Part shown: positions 1-9,600 of the stretch, piece by piece
Numbering within the stretch: the stretch's first letter is position 1
Layout: the number at the start of each line of letters is the position of its first letter
Assembly (NCBI GenBank): GCA_964519305.1
Contig: CAZFHY010000001.1
Coordinates: 218,132 to 282,131, forward strand
Source of the DNA: Candidatus Undinarchaeota archaeon
GTDB taxonomy: Archaea > SpSt-1190 > JASMDC01
Length of the DNA: 64,000 nt
Direction of reading: 5' to 3'
Notes under the pieces: generated by a model
The model's input: only the letters and a program-made list of their open reading frames with translations
Database searches by the model: none
Told to the model about the DNA's origin: nothing
Position numbers and translations under genes: made by a program

Positions 1-1300
1 TCCAGCTCTTGCGCGAGGGCATCCATACTTCGGGCTCGACGCTCATCTCCGTGTAAGGGAAGTAGGCGGGGCGGAACCGCACCTTGTCGAAACCCAATCG
101 CTGGTAGAACTCCTTGAGATAGCCCAGCAGGTGATTGAAGGTGACGTCCTCGGACACCACGATACCCTCCACCTGGTGGAACTCCATCAGATGCTTGTAG
201 TCCAGAGTCTCGTTGCGGAAGGCCCGATCAACACAGAACACCTTTGAGGGTGGTGTTAGCTCGGACAACCGGCGGGCCGAGACCGCCGTCGTGTGCGTAC
301 GCAGTACCGGTCGTCGGGAAACGTCCTCGCTCCATTTGTACCCCCACCCGGACGAGCCCGCAGTACCGTTCTCATGGGCCGAGCGTACTTTGGGTACGAT
401 CTTCTTCGGGAGCACGGCGTCGGCCGGCTCCTTCATGTAGAACGTGTCAGCGAGTTCGCGTGCCGGATGGTCCTGAGGTTGGAAGAGGGCATCGAAACAC
501 CAGAAGGACGATTCCACGAAAGGTCCTCTGGCTTCCTGGAACCCCATGTCGAGGAAGATACGACGGACCCGGTCGATGAGTACCAGGAGCGGGTGCTTGC
601 GCCCCGGTCGCGTCGGTGAGACGGGAAGGGTGACATCGTATTTACGGAAGGAAACGTTCCGCCAAGAGCCCGTCTCGAGCATGACGGGTGTAAGAAGGCT
701 GACCGAGCCTCCGTCATCGCTCGATTCCAAGACCTTCAGGCCCTCGTCGGTGATGGTGAGCATGAGCTCCTTGCGCTCGGAGACGCAGGCCATGTTGCGA
801 TGGACTAGTGTCTCGAGGAGCTTGCGCTCCTTGTCGGTGACAGCGAGGGGGCTTGTGGCCAGTTTGGTGAGGATCTCTTCCTCCGGAAGGGTCCCGTCGG
901 CGGCCTTATCCCCCACATCGGTGCGGGTGAGCACAGTTACGTCATCAACGCGACCGATCGTCGCCCATTTGCGTTTGCGGAGCCAGCCGAGACCGATCTT
1001 CACCTGCTCCCGGGAAAGACCCTCGGTACGGAATAGGTCCTCGAGCGGAGTGCTCTCGCTGACGATGGTGAGCAACCGTCGTTCTATGAGGCCGTTCGAG
1101 GCGGCGAGCCGCCCTTCCTCGGTGATGCGGGCCTCCTCAAGTGTGAGCTCCTCGAGCGTCACCAGCCCCTTCTGCGAGAGCCAGTAGCCCATCCGCCGGG
1201 CGGTGGTGGGGTCCACGCTCTCAAGCTCCTCCGGACGGGCCGGGCCGTCGGTGGCCGCCAAGGCAGCCAGAATGTCACGCTCCTTCGGGTGTAGCTCCAC
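1..1300 (-). CDS. pheS: Phenylalanine--tRNA ligase alpha subunit (archaeal long form; 3' end runs off the window)
   Basis: Absent from the ORF track because it has no stop in the window. Manual translation from GTG at 1300 (SD-like GGAGTGA at the trpS end) gives MELHPKERDILAAL.... It contains FRNETLDYKHLMEFHQVEG (class II motif 2) and RFRPAYFPYTEMSVEPEV. Confidence 0.95.
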   Translation of the reverse strand, partial: MELHPKERDILAALAATDGPARPEELESVDPTTARRMGYWLSQKGLVTLEELTLEEARITEEGRLAASNGLIERRLLTIVSESTPLEDLFRTEGLSREQVKIGLGWLRKRKWATIGRVDDVTVLTRTDVGDKAADGTLPEEEILTKLATSPLAVTDKERKLLETLVHRNMACVSERKELMLTITDEGLKVLESSDDGGSVSLLTPVMLETGSWRNVSFRKYDVTLPVSPTRPGRKHPLLVLIDRVRRIFLDMGFQEARGPFVESSFWCFDALFQPQDHPARELADTFYMKEPADAVLPKKIVPKVRSAHENGTAGSSGWGYKWSEDVSRRPVLRTHTTAVSARRLSELTPPSKVFCVDRAFRNETLDYKHLMEFHQVEGIVVSEDVTFNHLLGYLKEFYQRLGFDKVRFRPAYFPYTEMSVEPEVWMPSRKSW

Positions 1301-1305
1301 TATGA

Positions 1306-2397
1306 TCACTCCTTTGCCAGATACTCGTCAACGTGGTCACGCGCTTTCTCCCGTTTCTCCTGATGCTCTACAAGGAAGCGCTCCAATAGCTCCCACGCGC
1401 GCTTTTTGCAATCTCCGCACACGAGTTCTCCTGCAGCACAGGTCCGGAAGGTATCCTCGAGCTTGGTATCGTCGGGCTCGAGGTGGAGCTTCATGAGCTC
1501 GTAGACTGTGCAGATGTCTGGTCTACCGCCAAGCTCCTTCTGCTCCTTGAGGGTATCGCGTCCACCGGTGAAGGCGTTCATGAGCTTGTAACGTGCGTCC
1601 TTGAGTGTCTCGGTGAGCGCTATGTAGGATGAGGGTTTGCTGGATGACATCTTCCCGCCGTCCAGCCCCGAATTGAACCGGTGGTAGGTCGCTGCGCAGG
1701 GTTGGAATCCGAACTCGGAGGATGCGCGGGAGGCTATGTCGCGGGTAAGCCGGATATGGGGGTCCTGATCTGCGCCCACGGGGACCACGACAGGACAAGG
1801 TCCCTCGTACTCCGGCAGCTGCGGGTGGAGGATGTCGCCCACCTGGACAAGTGCCGATACGATCTTAGCAGGTGAGAGCTCACCGTAGATGGCGCGCAGC
1901 TCGTTGAAGGTGACCCGCCGCGAGAACAGAAGTGCCAAGGTGTCCACGGCCCGTCGCTTCTCCTGGAAGTACACCGTGCACTTATCCGGTCGTAATCCGA
2001 GGGCAATGTAATTGACCAGGTACTCCTCGATTCCCAGTCGCTCCACTTCGGAGAGGGACTTCTCCCGCACACCGTACGCCTCGACGCTGGCGATGGGGAT
2101 GTAGAGAGGAGTGCCGAGATCCTGCCACCACATGAGCTGGTCGACGACCATCTTGTGACCGAAGTGCATCTTTCCCGAGGGCATCATACCGCTCACCAGA
2201 GCGAACCGCTCGCCCTTCCTCTTGGCGTCAAGGACGCGCTCGAGGTCTCGGTGGCCGAATACGATCTTTCGGTGCATGAGCATATGCGGATCCTCGATGC
2301 TACCGAGTATCTCTTCGAACGGCTGGATACCGAACTCGTCGAAGAGCTTGGCATAATCCTCGATATCGGAACTGCCCCACGGATCGAGCTCAGGCAT
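1306..2397 (-). CDS. trpS: Tryptophan--tRNA ligase (archaeal type)
   Basis: PSGKMHFGH (HIGH-like), VPVGADQDPH, KMSSS, C-terminal CGDCKK. Confidence 0.96.
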   Translation of the reverse strand: MPELDPWGSSDIEDYAKLFDEFGIQPFEEILGSIEDPHMLMHRKIVFGHRDLERVLDAKRKGERFALVSGMMPSGKMHFGHKMVVDQLMWWQDLGTPLYIPIASVEAYGVREKSLSEVERLGIEEYLVNYIALGLRPDKCTVYFQEKRRAVDTLALLFSRRVTFNELRAIYGELSPAKIVSALVQVGDILHPQLPEYEGPCPVVVPVGADQDPHIRLTRDIASRASSEFGFQPCAATYHRFNSGLDGGKMSSSKPSSYIALTETLKDARYKLMNAFTGGRDTLKEQKELGGRPDICTVYELMKLHLEPDDTKLEDTFRTCAAGELVCGDCKKRAWELLERFLVEHQEKREKARDHVDEYLAKE

Positions 2398-3452
2398 CAG
2401 GCACCACCTCCTGCGATGACGCCCGTGGCCTCTGCAGCCCGGCGTGCGGCCTTCTCGGTGATGCCCGTATGAAGGATAGTGAACCTCTTCCGCAGCTTAG
2501 GTGCCATCAGAAGGGCCTTGACGATCTCCTCGTCGGTCAGCCCGGCTTCCTTCGCGGTGACAGGAGCGCCGATGCGTGCAAGTGCATCTCGTACGGTCTC
2601 CCAGTCCTCACCGTGGAGATATGTGCAGATGATCGTCCCCAAGGCCACCTGCTCCCCATGGAGCGCAGGCTTTTTAGCGATGCTATCGAGAGCGTGGCTG
2701 AACAGGTGCTCACCCCCGGAACATGGACGGGAAGAGCCTGAGATGCTCATGGCTACCGAGTTGGATATGAGAGCTTCCAGCACGATACTGAGCCCCTCCT
2801 CGTTCGCCGCTCCCACTATGTCAGCGTTCTCCATGAGCATGGTAGCGGACATGAGCGCGAGGTTGGCAGCGTACTCACCGTAGTACTCATTGTGGAGCCG
2901 GCGTGCCAGCTGCCAGTCGAGCACTGCTGTGAAGTTCGAGATTATATCACCGCACCCGGCACGGTACAGCCTGGGTGGAGCCTTGGTGATAACGGCCGTG
3001 TCAGCGACTATGGCGACAGGAGGAATGGCGGCGAGGCTGTGGCGTTGGCCTTCCTCTATGAGGGAAGCTTGTGCGGAGGCGATACCATCGTGCGAGGCGG
3101 CGGTAGGGATGCTAACGAATGGAATGGCCGCCATGAACCCGGCCGCCTTGGACACGTCGATCACCTGTCCCCCACCGACGGCCACGATGGCGCCATGGTC
3201 GCGGGCTGTGTTCTGGAGAGCATCCACATCGGCCGGTCCACCCTCTGTCACCTCGAAGGCCGTCACTGTGAAGCCGTCGGTACGCAGCACGTCCAATACC
3301 TTGGCGCCGGCCGCCTTCAGCGTCCCCTTGTCGTAGGCAACCACAAGGGATTCACCGAGGTCGAGCTCTCCGCACACGGTGCCGACATCGTCGAGCACGT
3401 CGTGGCCGATGAGCACCCGGCGAGGGAGCGTGATGGAGCGTACTGCCTTCAT
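2397..3452 (-). CDS. egsA: NAD(P)-dependent sn-glycerol-1-phosphate dehydrogenase
   Basis: VGGGQVIDVSK, IPTAASHDGIAS, SSRPCSGGEHLFSHALD, LHGEQV. Confidence 0.95.
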   Translation of the reverse strand: MKAVRSITLPRRVLIGHDVLDDVGTVCGELDLGESLVVAYDKGTLKAAGAKVLDVLRTDGFTVTAFEVTEGGPADVDALQNTARDHGAIVAVGGGQVIDVSKAAGFMAAIPFVSIPTAASHDGIASAQASLIEEGQRHSLAAIPPVAIVADTAVITKAPPRLYRAGCGDIISNFTAVLDWQLARRLHNEYYGEYAANLALMSATMLMENADIVGAANEEGLSIVLEALISNSVAMSISGSSRPCSGGEHLFSHALDSIAKKPALHGEQVALGTIICTYLHGEDWETVRDALARIGAPVTAKEAGLTDEEIVKALLMAPKLRKRFTILHTGITEKAARRAAEATGVIAGGGA

Positions 3453-3477
3453 GGGGCACCCTGCCGCCCTATGGTTT

Positions 3478-5247
3478 TTAAGCCTTTTCCCGCCGGGCGG
3501 GCAGGCCCAAGGCCGCAGCCAGTGCGTCGGGCTCGCTCATCTCCTTCAAGAGAGGGGTCAGTTCCTTGGCCTCGATGTACGGCCGACCCAGCACGATGCG
3601 AGCGGCCCAGCGCTTCCCTACCCCCGGAACGCTCGTTAGAAGGGACATGGGAACTGCATTAATGTCCAGCGGCCTGGGCACGACCGTGACAGATCGCTGG
3701 CGATGTGCAACGATCGTGGCATCCATAACATCGCCTCGCTGGAGCGGAGCGTGGAGGGCGGCCGTGATGGGGTAGGTCCCCGGCTGGCGAAGGAAGGTCG
3801 TATTCCCCTTGGCGATCTCGACCCGCAATCCCTTGAGCACGGTCCCCAGAGGGAGCACTCGCCGTAGCATGGGATTGTCCACCTCGTCCCTGATGCGCTG
3901 CCGGTAGGTCATGATGAGCGAATGATGGCGTCGTGCCAGTCGCGCGCCATCACGTGCGAGTCGTGTGCCCGAGTAGGGGACCACAACGCGAACATTGATG
4001 CGACGTACCAATAATCCCTCGTCCAGGAGCCCACGCAGGAACTCTAGATCGAGCGCATAGCTTTCGGACGTCTCGCCCAGGAGCCCGAACACGACATTGA
4101 TGCCTGGAAGGAACCGGGGCAGGCCGTTCTCTCCCCGCTCGGCTCCGTAACGGTTGATGAGACGGCAGGCAGCGAGCACCTCTTCGGGAGCCGCGTTCAG
4201 GTTGTTGGCCTTGACAACGGCCGGATCCGCGCTCTCCATGCCCAGAGCCGCTATGTTACCTGATGTGCAGTGTCGGACGAGCGCCTTGGTGACCGCTGTA
4301 GCCTCGTCCGGGTGGGTAGCGATGATTGCAGGATTGGCGTTGTCCACATGGAGCGTCACTAGATCGGGAGCGGCAGCCCGCACGGCGCGCAGTAGTCGCT
4401 CCACTGCAGTCGGATCGGGTCTGGGACGCTCAGTCTCCCCTACTCCTCGAGCCCCATGGGAGTAGATACAGGATTGTCGCCCGAGACGGAAGTGACGCGC
4501 TCCCCCGGCCGCTAGGGCGACAACTTCGGCCTGGACGTCCTTTGCCGACCGGAAGGATGGAAGACCCCACCTTTCCGGTTCGATACAGAACGAGCATCCT
4601 CCCGAAATAGCCCGGGGACAACCACGAGATGTCTCCAGCTCAACGGTGGCCTCAGCGCCCCATGGATGCTGAGAGAGGATGCAGGCACCCGCTCGTGCAT
4701 AGGCATCGAGCTCACTGTAGTCACGACGCCGGTCGGACGGGTCCTCGCCGGCGAGCAGATCGGCCACATAGCACTCGGCGTCACCGGTCGCTATGAGATC
4801 GTACTTCTCCGCCCAACGCCCGGGAGCAGTATATGCGCAAGGCCCGGCCGCTACAAGTGGCCCGTGCCGTGTAGCACATCGATCTATCATCTTCGCCGCC
4901 TCCTCGGGGCTACCTGGCTCCGCTGAAACGTACTTACCGGGAGTGCCTGTTCCGGTGATGACGACCACCAATCGCGCCTGCTCAAGGATACGGGACGCAT
5001 GTGTATGATTGGGCGTCGTGTTAAGGGTCCGCTTCTGATGCTCGTAGCCGCGACCTTTTCGGCTGGATGCAACGCGCAGGTCGTCGATGGTAAGGTATAC
5101 GGGCTGATGTCCATGGACACGGGCAGCACCTGCTACGTATCGCGCATGGGTCCCGAGGTAGGGCGGTACTCCGAGCCCGGCGGGCTCGTCGGTGTAGCAG
5201 TCAACGACCGCTACTGTTCCTCTTTGGTGGCTGATTCGAGCTTCCAT
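3478..5247 (-). CDS. Radical SAM protein with TRAM-like and C-terminal helix-hairpin-helix domains (COG1031-like)
   Basis: N-terminal DCYTDEPAGLGVPPY, cluster motif ETSRGCPRAISGGCSFC, LHVDNANP, C-terminal DINAVPMSLLTSVPGVGKR (HhH). The start overlaps the upstream ORF by 37 nt. Confidence 0.85.
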   Translation of the reverse strand: MEARISHQRGTVAVVDCYTDEPAGLGVPPYLGTHARYVAGAARVHGHQPVYLTIDDLRVASSRKGRGYEHQKRTLNTTPNHTHASRILEQARLVVVITGTGTPGKYVSAEPGSPEEAAKMIDRCATRHGPLVAAGPCAYTAPGRWAEKYDLIATGDAECYVADLLAGEDPSDRRRDYSELDAYARAGACILSQHPWGAEATVELETSRGCPRAISGGCSFCIEPERWGLPSFRSAKDVQAEVVALAAGGARHFRLGRQSCIYSHGARGVGETERPRPDPTAVERLLRAVRAAAPDLVTLHVDNANPAIIATHPDEATAVTKALVRHCTSGNIAALGMESADPAVVKANNLNAAPEEVLAACRLINRYGAERGENGLPRFLPGINVVFGLLGETSESYALDLEFLRGLLDEGLLVRRINVRVVVPYSGTRLARDGARLARRHHSLIMTYRQRIRDEVDNPMLRRVLPLGTVLKGLRVEIAKGNTTFLRQPGTYPITAALHAPLQRGDVMDATIVAHRQRSVTVVPRPLDINAVPMSLLTSVPGVGKRWAARIVLGRPYIEAKELTPLLKEMSEPDALAAALGLPARREKA

Positions 5248-5636
5248 TCCGCTATTTCCAGCATGGCGATGGCATCCGCGATTGTCTTTATCGCAAGGTC
5301 CACCTCACGTGCGGCGCGGAAAGTGTCCTTGAGTGTGATGTCCCGCACGCAGGTATGGATGTGATCGAGCGCCTTGTTCACATCATCACCACAGTCAGGA
5401 TCATGCTTGAAGTGGACGAGCCTCTCGGCCTGATCCTGCAGAATGGTGATGAGGTCCACCAAGCGCTTCTCGTTCATGGTCCGCACGGTCGTGGCGCGGA
5501 TCTTGCGCTTCACCTCGAGGAGTGTCCTGAGGACCTCACGGAGCGTTGGTAGATATGAGAGCTTCTCCGCCTCCACCTTGTGGCCGACGTTGATACGTCT
5601 GACGAGGTTCCTGGCCCGGAGCTTACTCTTCACCAC
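5211..5636 (-). CDS. Hypothetical all-alpha protein
   Basis: 141-aa ORF with typical codon usage. TATA-like TTTTATAT lies ~25-30 nt upstream on the minus strand. Likely first gene of the leftward run. Confidence 0.7.
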   Translation of the reverse strand: MVKSKLRARNLVRRINVGHKVEAEKLSYLPTLREVLRTLLEVKRKIRATTVRTMNEKRLVDLITILQDQAERLVHFKHDPDCGDDVNKALDHIHTCVRDITLKDTFRAAREVDLAIKTIADAIAMLEIAEWKLESATKEEQ

Positions 5637-5784
5637 GACTGACTGGGAGCTGTGAACGCATATAAAACCTACGCCGGCGGTCGAGTGGTTAAAGGCCCGG
5701 ACCAGTGGGTACTGAAGTAAGCCATTGGGTAATGTAACAAATGGGCCGTAGTCTAGCGTTCAACCGGACATATAATTGTTTTTC

Positions 5785-5851
5785 TTTAAATATTACCCAA
5801 AATTCAATTGGGTAAAGTATTAATACCCAAAACGTACTATAGTTATTGGGG
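5785..5851 (+). promoter_or_regulatory. TATA box plus palindromic operator(s) of the TA operon
   Basis: TTTAAATA at 5785-5792, then a perfect inverted repeat TTACCCAA-N7-TTGGGTAA (5793-5815). A second TACCCAA...TTGGG pair lies at 5824-5850 and an extra TTGGGTAA at 5725-5732. Confidence 0.7.
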
Positions 5852-5858
5852 CAGACTG

Positions 5859-6098
5859 ATGGCTATCGCAACTTTCCATCATAGCAAACTCTACATCCCA
5901 CGCAATATCAGGGAGAAGCTCGGATTGCGCGACGGGATGAAGATAGAGGTGACCGTGACCGGCGAGGCCTCCTTCACGGCGGTCGTCGTACGGGACACAA
6001 CCCCTGAACGGTCCTACATCGAGGGGGTGCTGAAGGCGCCCCTCTCCTCAAGACCGAAAGGGGGTTTCAAGCGAGGTGAGCTCTATGGACCCGAGTAG
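5859..6098 (+). CDS. AbrB/MazE/SpoVT-family DNA-binding antitoxin (VapB-like)
   Basis: SKLYIPRNIREKLGLRDGMKIEV is the swapped-hairpin signature. ATG 5859 is preferred over TTG 5808, which lies inside the operator. Overlaps the PIN gene. Confidence 0.85.
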   Translation: MAIATFHHSKLYIPRNIREKLGLRDGMKIEVTVTGEASFTAVVVRDTTPERSYIEGVLKAPLSSRPKGGFKRGELYGPE

Positions 6099-6669
6099 CA
6101 TCCGCGTGAACGGCGTAGCCGTGAACAAGTGCGAGTTCGCCGACAAGAAGGTGCTCATCGATACGGGCATCTGGGTCTACTCAGAGATGGCCGACACGCC
6201 CCACTACAACAAGAGCCTGGCCATCACGATCTCTGTGCTCCAAGGCCTTATCAACGGCTATGTGTCCACCCAGAGCCTTGCTGAGTTCTACGCTGCGCTC
6301 ACCGATCCCCGCTTCATGGAGGTCGCTGCCCCAACGGACGCTGTGTACGAGCGCATCGAGTCCCTCTGGAAGAGCCGAACGCTAACCCTCGTCGCCCCGT
6401 CGCAGATGACGATCATGAAGGCGCTCTACATCGCCAAGGAGAAGGGGCTGACCGGATCGGCCATCCAGGACTGCATCCTTGCAGTGACCGCTCGAGAGAA
6501 CAACATCGACGTGATCTGGACGACAGAGCCCGAGCGGTTCAACGTACTGGGGATAATCCCCGCGCAGAACCCCCTGGACTGGGATTGGGTATTCCCAAGG
6601 GATATGTTCATCTCAGAGCTCTTCGAGCGGAAATCCGAGCTTCTGGCGCGTGTCGGGAGGGAGGGATGA
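6085..6669 (+). CDS. vapC: PIN-domain ribonuclease toxin (VapC family)
   Basis: VLIDTGIWVY, SLAEFY, AIQDCILAVTARENNIDVIWT (acidic PIN residues). Directly follows the AbrB-type gene. Confidence 0.85.
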   Translation: MDPSSIRVNGVAVNKCEFADKKVLIDTGIWVYSEMADTPHYNKSLAITISVLQGLINGYVSTQSLAEFYAALTDPRFMEVAAPTDAVYERIESLWKSRTLTLVAPSQMTIMKALYIAKEKGLTGSAIQDCILAVTARENNIDVIWTTEPERFNVLGIIPAQNPLDWDWVFPRDMFISELFERKSELLARVGREG

Positions 6670-9600
6670 TCATGGTGGACCGAAACACCCTCGGCACCAT
6701 CCTCGTCCTCGGCCTCATGCTCTGCCTCGTCGGAGCTGAGGAGTTGGACCTTGAACAGGCGTCCGTGAACGACAGGACAGGTCTGACAAAGAACAACGAT
6801 GTTGCCCAGACCTTCATACCGACCATCACGGGTAACGTCACCAAGGTGTACATCAAGGCAGCAAAGAACAGCGCTCTCACGGCGGAGGACATGACTGTGC
6901 AGATCAGGTCCGTCGATGCAGAGACCCATAAGCCGACGAGCACGATCCTCGCAACGGCGACGATATCTGCGTCCTCCATCCCATCAAACAGTCTGGTGAG
7001 CGGGGAGTGCCCGGCGAACGCCGACTGGGTGCTGGCGGACTTCTCCTCTTCTACCTACGAGCTCACGGGGGATGTGGAGTATGCACTCGTTATCTATCGC
7101 AGCTCCCGGGGCGACACCAGCACCGAATACATGATCTGTAAATCGGGCGCCAATCCTTACTCCGACGGGTCCATCTACAACGCTGCTGCGGCCGCGTGGA
7201 CATGGAGCGCGGCCTCGAGCGACGATCTCGGTTTCAAGCTCTACCTCGAGAAGACCCGGGAGAACATCGTCGCCGCGAGTCAGACCACCGCTGACGCCAC
7301 CGTCGCTGTATACGGGGACAACTGGTTCTCTCAGATATTCCGAATGGACGAGACTGCCGATCTTTCCAGGATGAGCTTCCATGTGAAGAAAGCCGGCACT
7401 CCGGCCGGCAATCTCATGTTCGAGATCCAGAGCGTGACCGCCGGTAAGCCCAGCGGGACCTTCATCGCCGCAGGCCTCCCTGTCCTCGAGGGCGATGTCA
7501 GCACCACCAGCGATTGGGAAGTCTCCCGGCTGGGCGTGACCGAGAAGGATCCCCTTGCGACATCCTCGACACCACCGGCCGGAGCAGGTGGTAAGAACGT
7601 GCTCACGGACATGAAGTGGGCCCAAGCGTTCAAGCCAGGTCGCACAGGTAACCTTACCAAGGTGATGCTCACGGTCACCCACCGTGCGACCCACTGCGAC
7701 TATGACCTGACCGTAGAGATCTGGGACGCCGACACCGATGGCATGCCGACTGGTGGGAGCGCCCTGGCCACGACGGTCGTGAGCGAGGCGGACGTCCCTG
7801 ATTACTCCGAGAGCAGTTTCACAGAGGTGGAGGTCGTCTTCGATTCACCGGCTGTGGTCCGCGGTGGTCATATGTACGCGCTCGTGCTACATGCGGATAG
7901 CTGCGACGTCTCCCATTATTACCGATGGCACTCGGGATGCGGTTCTTCTACAAGCTCTTGTTATTCTCGTGGTTCCAAGTCCGTGAACACGGGCAGTGGT
8001 TGGACACAGGACGGGAACAAGGACAATGAGAACCCCCACTTCGCGGTCTACATCGGTAACAACCTCACCGAGCTCTCCACGGGCGTCGACTATGCGCTGG
8101 TGGCCTATTCCCCCTTGTCCGCTGATGCTAGTAATGGATTCCTCATCTCCAATGCGAACTCGAACGCGTATTCCGACGGCACCTATGTATCCAGCACTGA
8201 CGGCGGTTCTGCTTGGACCATAGATTCTGCCAAGGACATGACCTTCCGCATCTACCGCCAGTTCCTCCTCGTGCCCCAGGACGACACCCTACAGGGCGAG
8301 CTTCCCACCGCCCTGGAGGGGGGTTCCAGCTCCAACGATGCCGTGTGTATCTTTAGCTCTGCAGCCGGGTCCCCGTGCGCCACGGGAGAGACCAGTAAAT
8401 GTCATGCTGATGCTATCGGGTACGTCACCGAGCCATCGGACAACGGTTCGGGCGTTGACTATACCGTCACCATCGACGAGAGCTCCAATGAGATCTACCA
8501 TGTCTACTACTGCGACGGCGGTACCGAAGTGCTCCACATAATCGAGACCCACACCGCCAAAGAGGCGAACACGATCACCGTCAACGTGGCGGCCGTGAAG
8601 GGTGAAGCACACAGCGAACTGGAGACGGCCGGTGCCGTGGACGTGTTCGAGGAGCTTGCAGCGACGAGCCAGGTGGACACCGCGACCCAGAGCATCACGG
8701 ACAGCGGAGGTGACGATTACACGGTCTACTTCCGCTCCAACGTCACCGACGGTAAGTACTACCTGCGCACCAAGTCCACTGTCTCTACCAAGGACTATTA
8801 CGGCTATGTGCTCTTCTCGGCGAGCAACGGTACCACGGTCACCGTCGACCTCGACATCCTGGCCTATGGTCAGGTCCCCACCGCCATGGCGTCCGGTTCG
8901 GTGTGGATGGACGACGAGGCTGACGAGACGGACGACACGCTCTACCGCGGTGCCATCACGAACACCGGCAGCGGCTACAAGTACCGCTTCTATCATGACG
9001 GCACGACACCCATGTACCTCAAGGCCGACACGGACGCCACCCATGCGTCACCGGTCCTCGAAGAGTCGGAGACGGTGAGCTCGGACACGGAATGGAACGT
9101 GGCCGTGCTCACGGGGAACGTCCCCAGCTCCCTCGCGGGCGACACCATAGAGGTCCATCCCGGGACCGGCGACTCCTGTGCGGGCGGTACCATCCACAAC
9201 TCCGCCACGGTCGCGAGCGGTGAGAACTACGCCACGTACTCGGTCTACCTGACACCGGATGCATCTGCCCGGTACCTCTACGCCTGTGAGAGCAGCACAA
9301 AGGTCTACTATGGGAGCGCGACCATCGACGACGCCGGAGAGAGCGTGAGCTTCAACATACAGGGTATCCACGGTGACATGCATAACGACCTTGCCACGAC
9401 GTCCAACTACGTCGTCGCGTGCAGCGACCTGGGCGGTTCGGCCCTCAACACCGTGAACACCAACGGCCAGACATACGACGGTGGCAGCACCTACGTGTAC
9501 TTCCAGTCCACCGGTACGCCCGATCTCGTCATCTCCTCAGCGTCCGGCGACTGTACCCAGACGAACGTGGTCGCCGCCATCCTGGACGTGACGCTGGACA

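Noticed and set aside
213-1496. Plus-strand ORFs at the window start
   Set aside because: Antisense shadows of pheS and trpS.
6585-6665. ORF-track TTG start of the giant protein
   Set aside because: It lies inside vapC. ATG 6666 (or 6672) has an SD and begins a clean signal peptide.
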